A stretch of 64,000 nt of DNA from Leptospiraceae bacterium (GTDB taxonomy: Bacteria; Spirochaetota; Leptospiria; Leptospirales; Leptonemataceae). Every line of letters begins with the position of its first letter. Position 1 is the first letter of the stretch. Below, one piece after another: positions 9,033 through 18,403 of the stretch. The notes beneath the pieces are model-generated. The model saw nothing but the letters and a program-made list of their open reading frames with translations. It ran no database searches and was not told the DNA's origin. The stretch lies in assembly GCA_040217195.1 (NCBI GenBank), contig JAVJNR010000004.1, forward strand, positions 160,001 through 224,000. Direction: 5' to 3'. The translations under genes and the position numbers were made by a program.

Positions 9033-10550
9033 CTAAACCATTTTCAGAACCGATTCAAAGCGATTCAATGCTTCATCGATTATTTTATCAGTATCTGCCA
9101 TGCTGGTATAGATGCGACTGCCGGCCAGAGTTACGATTCCGTTTGCCATAAATGCGGCTCCCATCTCCTCCATCATATGCTTGCGCTGTTTCACTTCCTT
9201 CAGCACCTTAATAGGATTTCGCATGCTCATCAGAAGCACAGCCGAGGTCTGAAGATGAACGATGGATCCCTGATTATACACCACATAGGGCAGATTCAAA
9301 CGATCCACAATTTCCTTGAGCCCTGCACATAATCTGTCTCCGGCTCGACCTGCCTTTACGGCTGCGTTGTGTTTTTCCATTTCCCGAATGGAAAAAAATC
9401 CCGCTGCACAGGACAGCGGGTTAGCCGAAAGAGTGCCACCAACAAAGGCTCGCTTACCCATTGCACTGATTCCGCCGGCCAGAAGCATCATTACTTCTTT
9501 TTTTCCGCCAACGCCACCAGCCATGGGATAGCCACCAGTTAAACATTTTCCGAATACAGTTAAATCCGGGCGAACATTGAAATATCCCTGTGCGCCGCCC
9601 AGACCCACTCTAAATCCAGTTACCACTTCATCAAATATCAGAAGAGCTCCAAACTCATCGCAGAGCTTTCGAAGTTCTCTATTGTAATTTTCATAGATTG
9701 GCCTGGTACCGCTTTCCGGGCCCAGGGGTTCTACGATTACAGCGGCCGTACCACCGCGAAGATGATTTAAACGCATTTTTCTGCGAAGGGCCCCAATATC
9801 ATTGGGGAAGCATTCCTGGGTTCCAGCGGTTGAACCACGGGTAATTCCAGCGGCTTCCCTTCTTCCAGTGCCCGGAATTCGCATACCATAGACCATGGAA
9901 TCGCTCCAGCCATGATAACCGCCCCCGATCTTAATTACTTTTCGCTTTCCTGTGTAGGCGCGGGCAAGTCGAATCGCAGCCATAACGCTTTCTGTACCGG
10001 ACCCCAGCATACGAAACATTTCAATTCCGGGCATATGCCGGTTAATTTCCTGGGCAAGCTTGTATTCGTATTCGTGAAGCAATCCAGTGACCGGACCGCA
10101 ATCCTTGATCAATTCGATCATCTTTTTTTGAACCGGGCCATAGTTGGAACCAAGCAGCGTTGGGCCGCCAGCCTGTAAAAAATCAATGTACTGGTTCCCA
10201 TCCACATCTCGAAGATAGGCCCCGCGGGCGCGATCCACCGCCAGAGGAAATGGGTAATTAAAGGCCAGATTATGCTGTACCCCACCCGGAATATACTTCT
10301 GAGCTTCATCGGATATGGCTCTGGACTTTTTGCATCTGGTTTCGAAGTAGTTCAGCACCTCATCCATTTTATCCCTTCGAATTGTGCGAGGTGGCTCTTT
10401 CAGAAGCGCTTTCAGTTTATCATAAATCTCATCCGTATCAAGCCATGAGGAGATGGCATATTTCTGCGAAGGATTTACATCCCTGGCTGTTCCATTCACT
10501 CTCTTCTGGGTTCTTCGTGTCGTATTTCTCTCTATACTTGCTGTGCTCAT
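9033..10550 (-). CDS. Class III PLP-dependent aminotransferase (GSA-aminomutase-like clade)
   Basis: Motifs DVDGNQYIDF, SGTESVMAAIRLARAYTG, YHG and LLIFDEVVTGFR; PLP lysine in FGKCLTGGYP. Confidence 0.92.
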   Translation of the reverse strand: MSTASIERNTTRRTQKRVNGTARDVNPSQKYAISSWLDTDEIYDKLKALLKEPPRTIRRDKMDEVLNYFETRCKKSRAISDEAQKYIPGGVQHNLAFNYPFPLAVDRARGAYLRDVDGNQYIDFLQAGGPTLLGSNYGPVQKKMIELIKDCGPVTGLLHEYEYKLAQEINRHMPGIEMFRMLGSGTESVMAAIRLARAYTGKRKVIKIGGGYHGWSDSMVYGMRIPGTGRREAAGITRGSTAGTQECFPNDIGALRRKMRLNHLRGGTAAVIVEPLGPESGTRPIYENYNRELRKLCDEFGALLIFDEVVTGFRVGLGGAQGYFNVRPDLTVFGKCLTGGYPMAGGVGGKKEVMMLLAGGISAMGKRAFVGGTLSANPLSCAAGFFSIREMEKHNAAVKAGRAGDRLCAGLKEIVDRLNLPYVVYNQGSIVHLQTSAVLLMSMRNPIKVLKEVKQRKHMMEEMGAAFMANGIVTLAGSRIYTSMADTDKIIDEALNRFESVLKMV

Positions 10551-10634
10551 TTTTATCTCCCGAGTTAATACTCTCTATTTATTTATAACTATTACAGTGC
10601 TTATGCCCGCGGTAGTCAGCGGCGTTCTGACAGA

Positions 10635-11279
10635 TTAGATTGTCCTGAACTCCTGAAGACTGGCCAGGGCCTGCTTAACAATTCCCGAAGCAGAGCCATT
10701 ACTGGCAACGGTTATGGCCTCCTCAAGATACCGGGCGGCGGCCTTTTCTATTAGCCGAACATTGCGAATGGCCTGCTCCATATTTGAAGCGCCGCAGATA
10801 ATACCATGATTTCGAAGCAGGTACCCGTTCAGATCTTTGCGTAGTTTCTTTTTCAGAGCCCGGACCAGCATGCTTGTTCCAGATGGTCCGTATCCAACCA
10901 CCGGAATCCTTTCTCCCAGAGCTTCCTGCTCTTCTCCGTACATGAGTGGGATATCCCGGTTCAGCAAGGCCATGGCGCTGGCAACAGGCTGATGAGTATG
11001 AACACTTGCCCGAATTTCTGGTCGATGCCTGAAAATGAGTGCGTGCAAGCCGCTTTCTACACTTGGAGTGCGATCTCCCTCCAGTAGTTCCAGGGAATGG
11101 ATATCCAGAATACATATGTCGTCTGGTTTCATGGAAAAGTAATCCGCAGCCGAAGGCGTTACCGCCATTCTATCGGCGATGCGAAGTGCAAGATTGCCGC
11201 CAATACCTGCCAGATAGCCCATCCCGGAAAGGACATGACAGGCCTCCACAACCTGTTTCTTTAATTCATAGTTCGACAT
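10635..11279 (-). CDS. Class II aldolase (L-fuculose-1-phosphate aldolase-like)
   Basis: Intact GGNLA, TPS, PSVE (catalytic Glu), HTH and LLRNHG Zn ligands. Start moved to the ATG at 11279, which follows a GAGGA RBS. Confidence 0.9.
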   Translation of the reverse strand: MSNYELKKQVVEACHVLSGMGYLAGIGGNLALRIADRMAVTPSAADYFSMKPDDICILDIHSLELLEGDRTPSVESGLHALIFRHRPEIRASVHTHQPVASAMALLNRDIPLMYGEEQEALGERIPVVGYGPSGTSMLVRALKKKLRKDLNGYLLRNHGIICGASNMEQAIRNVRLIEKAAARYLEEAITVASNGSASGIVKQALASLQEFRTI

Positions 11280-11292
11280 TTTCTTCCTCGTT

Positions 11293-12909
11293 TCAGGAAC
11301 CGGTCTGCCGATTCCATTTTTTATACAGAGGAGCCAGCCTCTTATGCAGCTCTTTAAATCTCTGAAATGATTCATTCATGATTTCGTGGTGTGCCATTAC
11401 AGGCTCATAGACCTGTTGAATCTTGATTCTTTGTGAAACATCCGAGTAATTCAGATATCCCAGACCAACAGCTGCAATCCAGGCAGCACCCCTTGCATTG
11501 GTTTCCATGGGTCCTTCTGGTTGATGCACAGCAATACCCAGAGTATCAGCGAAAATCTGACACCAGATATTCGAAACGGCTCCTCCGCCCACCATTGTAA
11601 TAGAATCTAGAGAATGCCCCAGGAACTTTTCTGTTGGCTTAATCATCCATCGAGTATTCAAAGCTACTCCTTCGAGAAAGGCTCGAATAATGTCTTCGCG
11701 ACTATGTTCCAGGGAAAGATTTATAAGGCCAGCCCGGAGGGATCGATCTTCTACCGGACATCGTTCTCCGTAGAGCCAGGGCAAATACATCAATCCACGA
11801 CTTCCGGCCGGGGTCCGTGCTGCGATTAAATCCAGTATCTTATATACGTCCGGTGCATGGGTTTCCCGCAGTAATTCATCCTCATGGTAGAGTACTCTTT
11901 CTTTCAGGAAAGTAAGGTTACCCCCGGCCGTGGTTTGCATGGCGGTCATCAGGTACTTACCTGGAATAGCGCAGGGCACGGAGGCAATACTGGAAAGCAC
12001 ATCCGTTTTCTTTTTACTCATATGCGCCGCAATCCAGGAAGACGTGCCAATATAAAAGTGAGCCTGACCATCGCTTACGGCTCCTGATCCAATGGCAGCG
12101 GCACTATTGTCGATGGCACCGGCCACTACCTGAGTGTCCCTGGAAAGACCCAGCTTATCGGCCACCTCTGGAAGCACAGGCCCCAGAGGCTCCGTGCAGG
12201 ATACGATCTCAGGAAACTTATCCGACTCGATTCCCGAGGCCCTTAGCAGAGAATTGTTATAGCGAATTTGATTGCTGTTCCTATTGTCTGTGACCCAGGA
12301 AGTTAGGATGGAATCGGATGTTGCCAGGAATCGACCGGACAATTTAAGATTCAAATAATCCAGCACATTCAGGAATTTATAAGTTCTCTCGTAGATAGCA
12401 GGATGCTCATCTCGAATATAGAGCATATGGGCGAATGGATCCTTACCAGAAAGAGCCGGAGCCCCGCCTGTGAGACTGATCCACTTCCAGAGCTTCCATG
12501 GGCCATAGCCGGCCACGCGAAAAGCTCCCCCCACAGCGCGATGTACATGCTCTGCACCGCGCATATCCATCCATAGAATCGCATTCATTAGAGGATTTCC
12601 CGAGGCATCAACGGCTACGGTTCCCTCACCCTGAGTGGAGCAGCAAATTGCTTTGATTTGATCCCTGGAAACAGAGCCGGAAGCAATAGCCTTCTGGGCC
12701 GTAACCAGAAGTGCATTCCACCAATCCCGGGGGTCCTGTTCGGCCCCATGCCCTTCCCGCAAATGCAACGGTACTTCCTGAAAAGCCCAGGAATGGACTT
12801 TTCCATTAAGATCGCACAATGCAGTCTTGCATCCCGATGTGCCCAGGTCCACTGCCAGGATCATAGTTTGCTCTGCGGCATCCGCCATAATGACCCAGAA
12901 ATTAGTCAT
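11293..12909 (-). CDS. FGGY-family carbohydrate kinase
   Basis: Motifs LAVDLGTSGCK, AILWMDMR, GAIDNSAAAIG, IGTS, YLPWLYGERCP and VGGGA. The true start may be 12888. Confidence 0.93.
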   Translation of the reverse strand: MTNFWVIMADAAEQTMILAVDLGTSGCKTALCDLNGKVHSWAFQEVPLHLREGHGAEQDPRDWWNALLVTAQKAIASGSVSRDQIKAICCSTQGEGTVAVDASGNPLMNAILWMDMRGAEHVHRAVGGAFRVAGYGPWKLWKWISLTGGAPALSGKDPFAHMLYIRDEHPAIYERTYKFLNVLDYLNLKLSGRFLATSDSILTSWVTDNRNSNQIRYNNSLLRASGIESDKFPEIVSCTEPLGPVLPEVADKLGLSRDTQVVAGAIDNSAAAIGSGAVSDGQAHFYIGTSSWIAAHMSKKKTDVLSSIASVPCAIPGKYLMTAMQTTAGGNLTFLKERVLYHEDELLRETHAPDVYKILDLIAARTPAGSRGLMYLPWLYGERCPVEDRSLRAGLINLSLEHSREDIIRAFLEGVALNTRWMIKPTEKFLGHSLDSITMVGGGAVSNIWCQIFADTLGIAVHQPEGPMETNARGAAWIAAVGLGYLNYSDVSQRIKIQQVYEPVMAHHEIMNESFQRFKELHKRLAPLYKKWNRQTGS

Positions 12910-12924
12910 GGAGCTCGCATAGTC

Positions 12925-13038
12925 AACAATTGTTTATTCTTTACTGGAGAAATTGAACAATTTTTCAGAATCAGGAACGATTATGCGACATAATCAACGG
13001 ATTAGGAGGGAATATGGAGCAAAATGATGACAACTGTC
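12925..13038. promoter_or_regulatory. Candidate TetR operators (RACA-N2-TGTY palindromes)
   Basis: AACAATTGTT at 12925-12934 and GACAACTGTC at 13029-13038, both in the divergent intergenic region. Confidence 0.35.
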
Positions 13039-13058
13039 GATTTTTTAGTCGATTTTTG

Positions 13059-13086
13059 TTGACACTTCTACAGAAAAACCCAATAT
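13059..13086 (+). promoter_or_regulatory. Putative sigma-70 promoter of the TetR gene (possibly leaderless mRNA)
   Basis: TTGACA (13059-13064), 16 nt, CAATAT (13081-13086), 6 nt, then ATG at 13093; no RBS visible. Confidence 0.45.
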
Positions 13087-13092
13087 CCGGGT

Positions 13093-13770
13093 ATGGATTC
13101 TCGACTTACAGATGCTTCTCTTGCTCCGGAACTGGGGCCCAGGAAGTTTAAGTTCACCAGCCGCCAGGGTCGAGACAGACGAGCCAGGCTCCTGGGAGCT
13201 GCACGAGAGCTACTGAGGGAAGCTTCCCCGGAAAACATTAGCTTTGCAGATGTTTGCCAGAAAGCAGAAATTCCCAGACCCTCTGCCTACCATTTCTTTC
13301 CCAATATACAGGCTATTTTTCACGGACTTCGGTTGCTGCATGCAGAGACTCTGGTGGAAAGAGCGCTGGTACTTCAATCCCGGGATTTTGACAACTGGAG
13401 AGATTACCTGGATGCGCTGGTGGATACTGCATTGCAGGTCACTCAATCGGATGCAGCCTATCCAGCATTGATATATGGTTATGGCCTGGACTTCCTGGAA
13501 ACCCGGGAAATTGGCAGAGATCTGGATAGCCGCCTGGCTGGCCTGGCATTGCAGGGAATGAAGAACAAGTTTACACTTCCGGATATTGCCAATCTGGAAG
13601 AAATCTTTGGCATCGCCCTTGCGATCATAGACTCAATATTTCGCCAGTCCTTTCGTCGCAAAGGCAAGATCTCTCCAGAAATGGTCATGGAAGCCAAACG
13701 TGCTGCCACTTCCTATTTAAAGCTCTACATACCAGAATTTATTCCTGCACGCAGGATGGATGGGAAATGA
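13093..13770 (+). CDS. TetR/AcrR-family transcriptional regulator
   Basis: N-terminal HTH ISFADVCQKAEIPRPSAYHFFPN; divergent from the catabolic operon. Confidence 0.92.
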   Translation: MDSRLTDASLAPELGPRKFKFTSRQGRDRRARLLGAARELLREASPENISFADVCQKAEIPRPSAYHFFPNIQAIFHGLRLLHAETLVERALVLQSRDFDNWRDYLDALVDTALQVTQSDAAYPALIYGYGLDFLETREIGRDLDSRLAGLALQGMKNKFTLPDIANLEEIFGIALAIIDSIFRQSFRRKGKISPEMVMEAKRAATSYLKLYIPEFIPARRMDGK

Positions 13771-13917
13771 GAACTCAAATAGGGACTCAATGTTTCATAA
13801 AGATTCAATACATAAAATAGAAAAAAACAATCCGAACGAATCGGAAGAGTGACCGCGAAAGCGGAAATATAAACAGACAATGTGCGAAAGAGTGAGATCA
13901 ACTTTGGGGGGTTAAGA

Positions 13918-16194
13918 ATGAAACGATTCTTACCAGGGATGGTACTTGCAGCCATCCCATTATTGACAGTCTGCAAGAATAACAGTGATGCGCCATTGGG
14001 TTTCGTACCGGGCTCCGAGGTTTCTTCTATAGAATCCGCTCTGGGCCTTCAAAGTCTATCTGTAGATAGCGGAACCTACAACGTGGGAGCATCCAAAATA
14101 GATATCACCGGTCCATTTGCACAAGAAAGTACCGGGTATAATAGTCCTGGCGAAACAATGGATGGCCTGGCGATGAGGCTCTATAGCAGAACATTTGTTA
14201 TTGAGCAGCCCGGCGGCAAGATAATTGCCATTGCAACCGCAGATCAGCTTCATCTCTACCAGAGCATCAAGCTCGGTGTAGTGAAGAAACTGGCCCTGGA
14301 TGGCTATGGACATGTGTTCGATGAGCGCAATGTGATGATTTCGGCTACTCACACTCATGCGGCCACTTCAAATCATAGCTGGTACACACTCTTCAATCTG
14401 TTCAATGGAGTCACTGGATTTGACGAACTTCATTATCAGGTTGTAGTAAGCGGGATAGCAAAATCCATCGAAGAGGCCTATGATAATCGTCAGGCGGCAA
14501 AGATTAAATTTGCAAAAGGGCCTGTAACTGACGGTGGCTTTAATCGGTCCACCATTGCCTACGACACCAATCCAGATGCTTCCAACTATGATGAGAATAT
14601 CGATGAAAACATGACACTGTTAAGATTCGATTCCATTTCAGGAGAGCCTATTGGTGCCATCAACTGGTACGGAGTACACGGAACTTCCCTGGGAATCAAC
14701 AACAGCAGGATCCATGGGAACAACAAAGGCTGGGCTTCCTATGAGATGGAAAAACAAATGGGCGGCGACTTTGTAGCTGCTTTCGCACAAAGCACCGTTG
14801 GCGATGTTAGCCCGAATCAACCAGATCCGAATGACATTACTCTGGCTTTTCTGCGTCCATCGGACCTGGATCCCACCCTGGACACCCTGGATGATCCTGT
14901 AGTTCACGGACAGAAGCAACTCAGCAAAGCTCTGGAACTTTACAGCCAGGCCCAGGAAATGAATGCAGTGGCTATAGATTTTCGCCACAGCTTTGTAAAC
15001 TTCAATCAGGTACCGGTTTCCAATCAATACATTGGAGACCATCGAATGCCCTATGATACGGAAGTAGACCAAAACCAGGCCTCTACCTGTGTTGCCACAG
15101 TGGGTGCTGCATTTCTTGCAGGAGATGAAGAAGGGGCCCCTGTGGATTTCGCAGAGGAAGGTGAGATTCGTAACAACTACACCTATGAGAATGGACAGTG
15201 GGTGCGAAATGAATACAATCTTACCAATCTGGACGGAGTAGCTCAAATTCTGGGCGTGTTCTGGCCATTGGCTTCCCAGGTACTTCAAACAAGCAAGTTC
15301 GATGCATGCGCGAAAGAAAAACTGGCATTGCTTCCAGTAGGCGAAGTGGACGATTTCTGGTTTCCCAATCCAGAAGTTCCATTTATACCTGTAAATGTAC
15401 CGGTTCAGACCATTCGCATTGGAGACCTGGTCATTGCGGGCTCATCATTTGAAATCACAACAATGGCCGGCCGTCGGGCGGAGTCTGTGTTGCTCAATAC
15501 TCTGAATCCTGCAGGAGTGGATCATATTGTAATAGGATCCATGGTAAATTCCTACACAAATTACCTGGCCACTCGCGAAGAGTATGCGGCCCAGCACTAT
15601 GAAGGTTCCTTTACAGTGTTTGGACCATTTTCTGCAGCAGCTTTTAGACAGGAAATGGATCGTCTGGCCACCGATATGGTGAACAATCAGCCCAGTGATT
15701 CTGGACCGGTACCACCGGATCTCGCCAGCCAGCAGCTAATCGAAACCTGGATTTCAGCCAATGGTGTTGTAAATGATGGGGGTAACTTCGGAACCGTTCT
15801 CACAGCTCCGGCCGCCAGCTACGATGCGAGCAAGGATTCGGTTACTGTTGTATTCCAGGCCGCCCACCCAAGAACGGCACTGATCAAGAAGATGGATGGC
15901 ACTCTGGCTAACTATTATGATCCAGAGGACTATCAATTGATCGAAGTTCAAAGAAACGTCAACGGAAACTGGCAGACTGTGGCCACCGAATCGGATCCCT
16001 ATACCAGCTTTCAATGGGTTCGAACCGGCGGGGATTTAAGCGCCACCTCGGAAGCCACTGTGACCTGGAAGATTCGAGACCAGGCTCCAGGAACCTATAG
16101 AATCCGATACAACGGCCTTGCAAAGCGCTGGTACTTCTTCTGGACTTCCTATGAATCCTTCACAGGCAGCACGTCCAGCTTCCAGCTTCAATAG
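13918..16194 (+). CDS. Neutral/alkaline ceramidase, probable lipoprotein
   Basis: RLYSR, ATHTHA (Zn-binding His pair), GVHGTS, the ceramidase motif GDVSPN, EITTMAGRR and EEYAAQHYEG, plus an Ig-like C-terminal domain (PGTYRIRY). Signal peptide MKRFLPGMVLAAIPLLTVC ends in a lipobox-type Cys. Confidence 0.93.
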   Translation: MKRFLPGMVLAAIPLLTVCKNNSDAPLGFVPGSEVSSIESALGLQSLSVDSGTYNVGASKIDITGPFAQESTGYNSPGETMDGLAMRLYSRTFVIEQPGGKIIAIATADQLHLYQSIKLGVVKKLALDGYGHVFDERNVMISATHTHAATSNHSWYTLFNLFNGVTGFDELHYQVVVSGIAKSIEEAYDNRQAAKIKFAKGPVTDGGFNRSTIAYDTNPDASNYDENIDENMTLLRFDSISGEPIGAINWYGVHGTSLGINNSRIHGNNKGWASYEMEKQMGGDFVAAFAQSTVGDVSPNQPDPNDITLAFLRPSDLDPTLDTLDDPVVHGQKQLSKALELYSQAQEMNAVAIDFRHSFVNFNQVPVSNQYIGDHRMPYDTEVDQNQASTCVATVGAAFLAGDEEGAPVDFAEEGEIRNNYTYENGQWVRNEYNLTNLDGVAQILGVFWPLASQVLQTSKFDACAKEKLALLPVGEVDDFWFPNPEVPFIPVNVPVQTIRIGDLVIAGSSFEITTMAGRRAESVLLNTLNPAGVDHIVIGSMVNSYTNYLATREEYAAQHYEGSFTVFGPFSAAAFRQEMDRLATDMVNNQPSDSGPVPPDLASQQLIETWISANGVVNDGGNFGTVLTAPAASYDASKDSVTVVFQAAHPRTALIKKMDGTLANYYDPEDYQLIEVQRNVNGNWQTVATESDPYTSFQWVRTGGDLSATSEATVTWKIRDQAPGTYRIRYNGLAKRWYFFWTSYESFTGSTSSFQLQ

Positions 16195-16246
16195 ATTAGA
16201 ACACTCCTTCCCTGGATTCTAGAATAAAGAATCCAGGAGTCTCCGC

Positions 16247-16276
16247 GGCCCGCGATGAAAATCGTGGGCCTTTTTT
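16247..16276 (+). terminator. Rho-independent terminator after the ceramidase
   Basis: GGCCCGCGAT-GAAA-ATCGTGGGCC followed by TTTTTT; a second hairpin CCTGGATTCT/AGAATCCAGG lies at 16211-16237. Confidence 0.85.
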
Positions 16277-16570
16277 CCTTCCAAACTTTTGGGATTCGCG
16301 GATTTCCGGGAAGAATATAGATCACGGTTGCAGTTTATTCGAAGCTAAAGGAGCAATCTGAACCAAACTATCAATTCAAAGATAGGGGCCTTCCGGAGAG
16401 AAAAGAATAAGGGGACCTGCATTGCTACTTATTGAATCAGTCGGTGTGGACTGGCCCCTGGCTCGCAGTACTTCCAGTGATTTCCGGTCTGATAGCCCTT
16501 TTCGCCAGGGTAAAAAACAGAACCTATGCCGGAATTATTGACAACGGATCTGCTCACTTCAACCTGCCGA

Positions 16571-16761
16571 TAAGGTTTCGCTTATCCCTGATATGCGAAT
16601 GAAAAGGGAAATCGGTGCAAATCCGATGCTGTACCCGCAGCTGTAAATTCAGGCTCTGTAATTTGGATTGGTTTCTAACATTGTGGAGCGGTGCTTATCT
16701 AATCCACTGCTATGCGGGAAGGAGATGAGCATTATCTGAAGAAGCCAGAAGACCTGCCTTA
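16571..16761 (+). promoter_or_regulatory. Cobalamin (B12) riboswitch
   Basis: AAGGGAA-TCGGTG-CAAATCCGA, CCCGCAGCTGTAA (16634-16646), CCACTG (16704), GGGAAGG (16716) and B12 box AGCCAGAAGACCTGCC (16743-16758); closing helix TAAGG/CCTTA. Confidence 0.95.
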
Positions 16762-16859
16762 GAATATCCATGACTTTCGGGAGTTAGAGTCAGGCAGCAT
16801 TCCTCAATTCTGGAATACTACCTCTTTAGCCCCGCAGGCAAAGGCCTGACGGAGGAAAA

Positions 16860-16973
16860 ATGAAAATCGAAAAAGATAAGAACGATGCACTGTCGTTTCT
16901 ATATTCTGTTGAGCATTCCATTCTGCAGATGTGTTTCACCGAATCCAATGCTAATCCGGGGGACGTGGGATGA
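16860..16973 (+). CDS. Unannotated 37-aa small ORF MKIEKDKNDALSFLYSVEHSILQMCFTESNANPGDVG
   Basis: GGAGG RBS at 16851-16855; first ATG with an RBS after the riboswitch; its TGA overlaps the next ATG (ATGA, 16970-16973). Confidence 0.5.
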   Translation: MKIEKDKNDALSFLYSVEHSILQMCFTESNANPGDVG

Positions 16974-17209
16974 ATCATTGTGACCGTCCACAGAATCAGG
17001 ACCCGGCTTCGCTAGAAGGCACTGCCCATGAGTTGATATCCTGCCCTCGCTGCCGCATTAGTTTCGCATGTACGCCCACCAGTATTAGCGCTTGCTGGTG
17101 TATTCATGAAAAAATCTCGATAGAACTAATGCGTAAGCTGGAAGGACAATTTAACGGATGCTTGTGCAGAGAATGCCTTCTGGAACTGGCAGCTGAAAAT
17201 GCGCAATAG
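16970..17209 (+). CDS. Cysteine-rich CWC family protein
   Basis: Pattern CPRC..F.C......CWC....CLCRECL; downstream of the B12 riboswitch. Confidence 0.85.
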   Translation: MNHCDRPQNQDPASLEGTAHELISCPRCRISFACTPTSISACWCIHEKISIELMRKLEGQFNGCLCRECLLELAAENAQ

Positions 17210-17365
17210 GATGCAGCTCCCAGATTAAGTTACCGGATTACAATGGTATGGAAATTTCAAGGGCAGACGACTACAAGATCTCTCCGCAAACCGATAGATC
17301 CCAACATTCCAATTCAGGGGGCCACAGAACAAGCCAGAGTTCTGGGCCAGAGTGTTTCAAGACTA

Positions 17366-18403
17366 CTAAAGCATCGTATCCAGTTCTGCTTTCAAATTCT
17401 CACCATTATAGAATTCATTAGAGCTCTTTCGTATTCTATCTTCCAGCAGCCCTGATTCATCTTCCCATCTTTCCAGACCATGAAACAGATAGCCCAGGAC
17501 TTCGGAAAGGGATTCCCGGGCCGGAGCCATGCCATGCTCGGAAAGAAGGGTTTCCATCATAGTGTCCTTTCGGTCCTCATAGAAAGAAAGGGCTGCACCG
17601 CGAATCAAGGATTGAAATTCATTGGAGTCCAGCAGGAACTCCGGCCAGTCTTTTAGAGAATCTACGGCCGCCGCGTATTCCTCCCTGGATACCAGCTCAA
17701 GCATGCTTCCCAGCTCCCGGCTGGCCCAGTCCTGATAGATCTGATAGGCCGTTTCCGAAAACTCATCACCCTCAAACGCAGAGTATAACATTTTCTCCGT
17801 ATGATGCATTGTAGAGTCGATGTTCTTTCGGATGAATTCTTTGATAGGCTTTTCGAAATTTCCTTCAAGTCCTTCCATGGCCTTGCCCAGCAATGCCTGC
17901 CCGGCTCGCATGATGTTCCCTGCAAGAGGGATATCCTTTCCTATGCCGCCTTCCGCAAGAAAGCCTTTGATACCATTGTAAAGGACATCCGATAGGAACT
18001 GAGCGAAGAATGGATTGTAGACCGCTGTGCGAATAAGTTCTTTTCTCAGATTCTCCAGTTTCAGGGAGGCCTGAATTCCTTCCTTAACCCGATCTCCAGA
18101 TACAATTCTGTCCAGACTGAACTTAAATACTTCAGGTTTCTTTTCAAGAATCTCAACAAAGAGGCGCTTCTTTATCATGTCAGATCCGGCACCTCTAATC
18201 CCCAGGCGAACCAGCATCCAATTCAGATCCTGAAATTGCTCCGCTGAAATGGCTTTTTTGAGAGTAAACTCTGACTCGCTTTCCAGCAACGAGCGAAATT
18301 GATTTACCAGAATTTGTCTCCTCTCCGCCGAGCGGATCCTTTCCAGTTCGAACTGAATATGCCGTTCTTGAATTAATTCCAGAATCTCTTTAGCTTTGCT
18401 CAT
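17366..18403 (-). CDS. Hypothetical helical protein (345 aa)
   Basis: Long ORF coupled by an ATGA overlap to the upstream aminotransferase. Confidence 0.75.
   Translation of the reverse strand: MSKAKEILELIQERHIQFELERIRSAERRQILVNQFRSLLESESEFTLKKAISAEQFQDLNWMLVRLGIRGAGSDMIKKRLFVEILEKKPEVFKFSLDRIVSGDRVKEGIQASLKLENLRKELIRTAVYNPFFAQFLSDVLYNGIKGFLAEGGIGKDIPLAGNIMRAGQALLGKAMEGLEGNFEKPIKEFIRKNIDSTMHHTEKMLYSAFEGDEFSETAYQIYQDWASRELGSMLELVSREEYAAAVDSLKDWPEFLLDSNEFQSLIRGAALSFYEDRKDTMMETLLSEHGMAPARESLSEVLGYLFHGLERWEDESGLLEDRIRKSSNEFYNGENLKAELDTML

Noticed and set aside
9033..10550. Calling the aminotransferase hemL
   Set aside because: It has a long N-terminal extension, sits in a catabolic kinase/aldolase operon and has no tetrapyrrole genes nearby; the similarity reflects the class III fold.
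11293..12909. Calling the kinase xylB (xylose use)
   Set aside because: No xylose isomerase or sugar ABC transporter is present; the aminotransferase and class II aldolase context points to an amino-polyol substrate.
13831..13864. Two small hairpins upstream of the ceramidase as a riboswitch
   Set aside because: The stems are only 4-5 bp and match no riboswitch consensus I recognise, including c-di-GMP-I.
14638..15288. Long antisense ORFs (also 34002-34664, 3669-4211, 38897-39430, 61156-62205)
   Set aside because: Shadow frames opposite well-supported genes, with no motifs or RBS.
16432..16602. TTG-started ORF with a hydrophobic stretch upstream of the B12 riboswitch
   Set aside because: No convincing RBS, it runs into the riboswitch, and no homology is recognisable.
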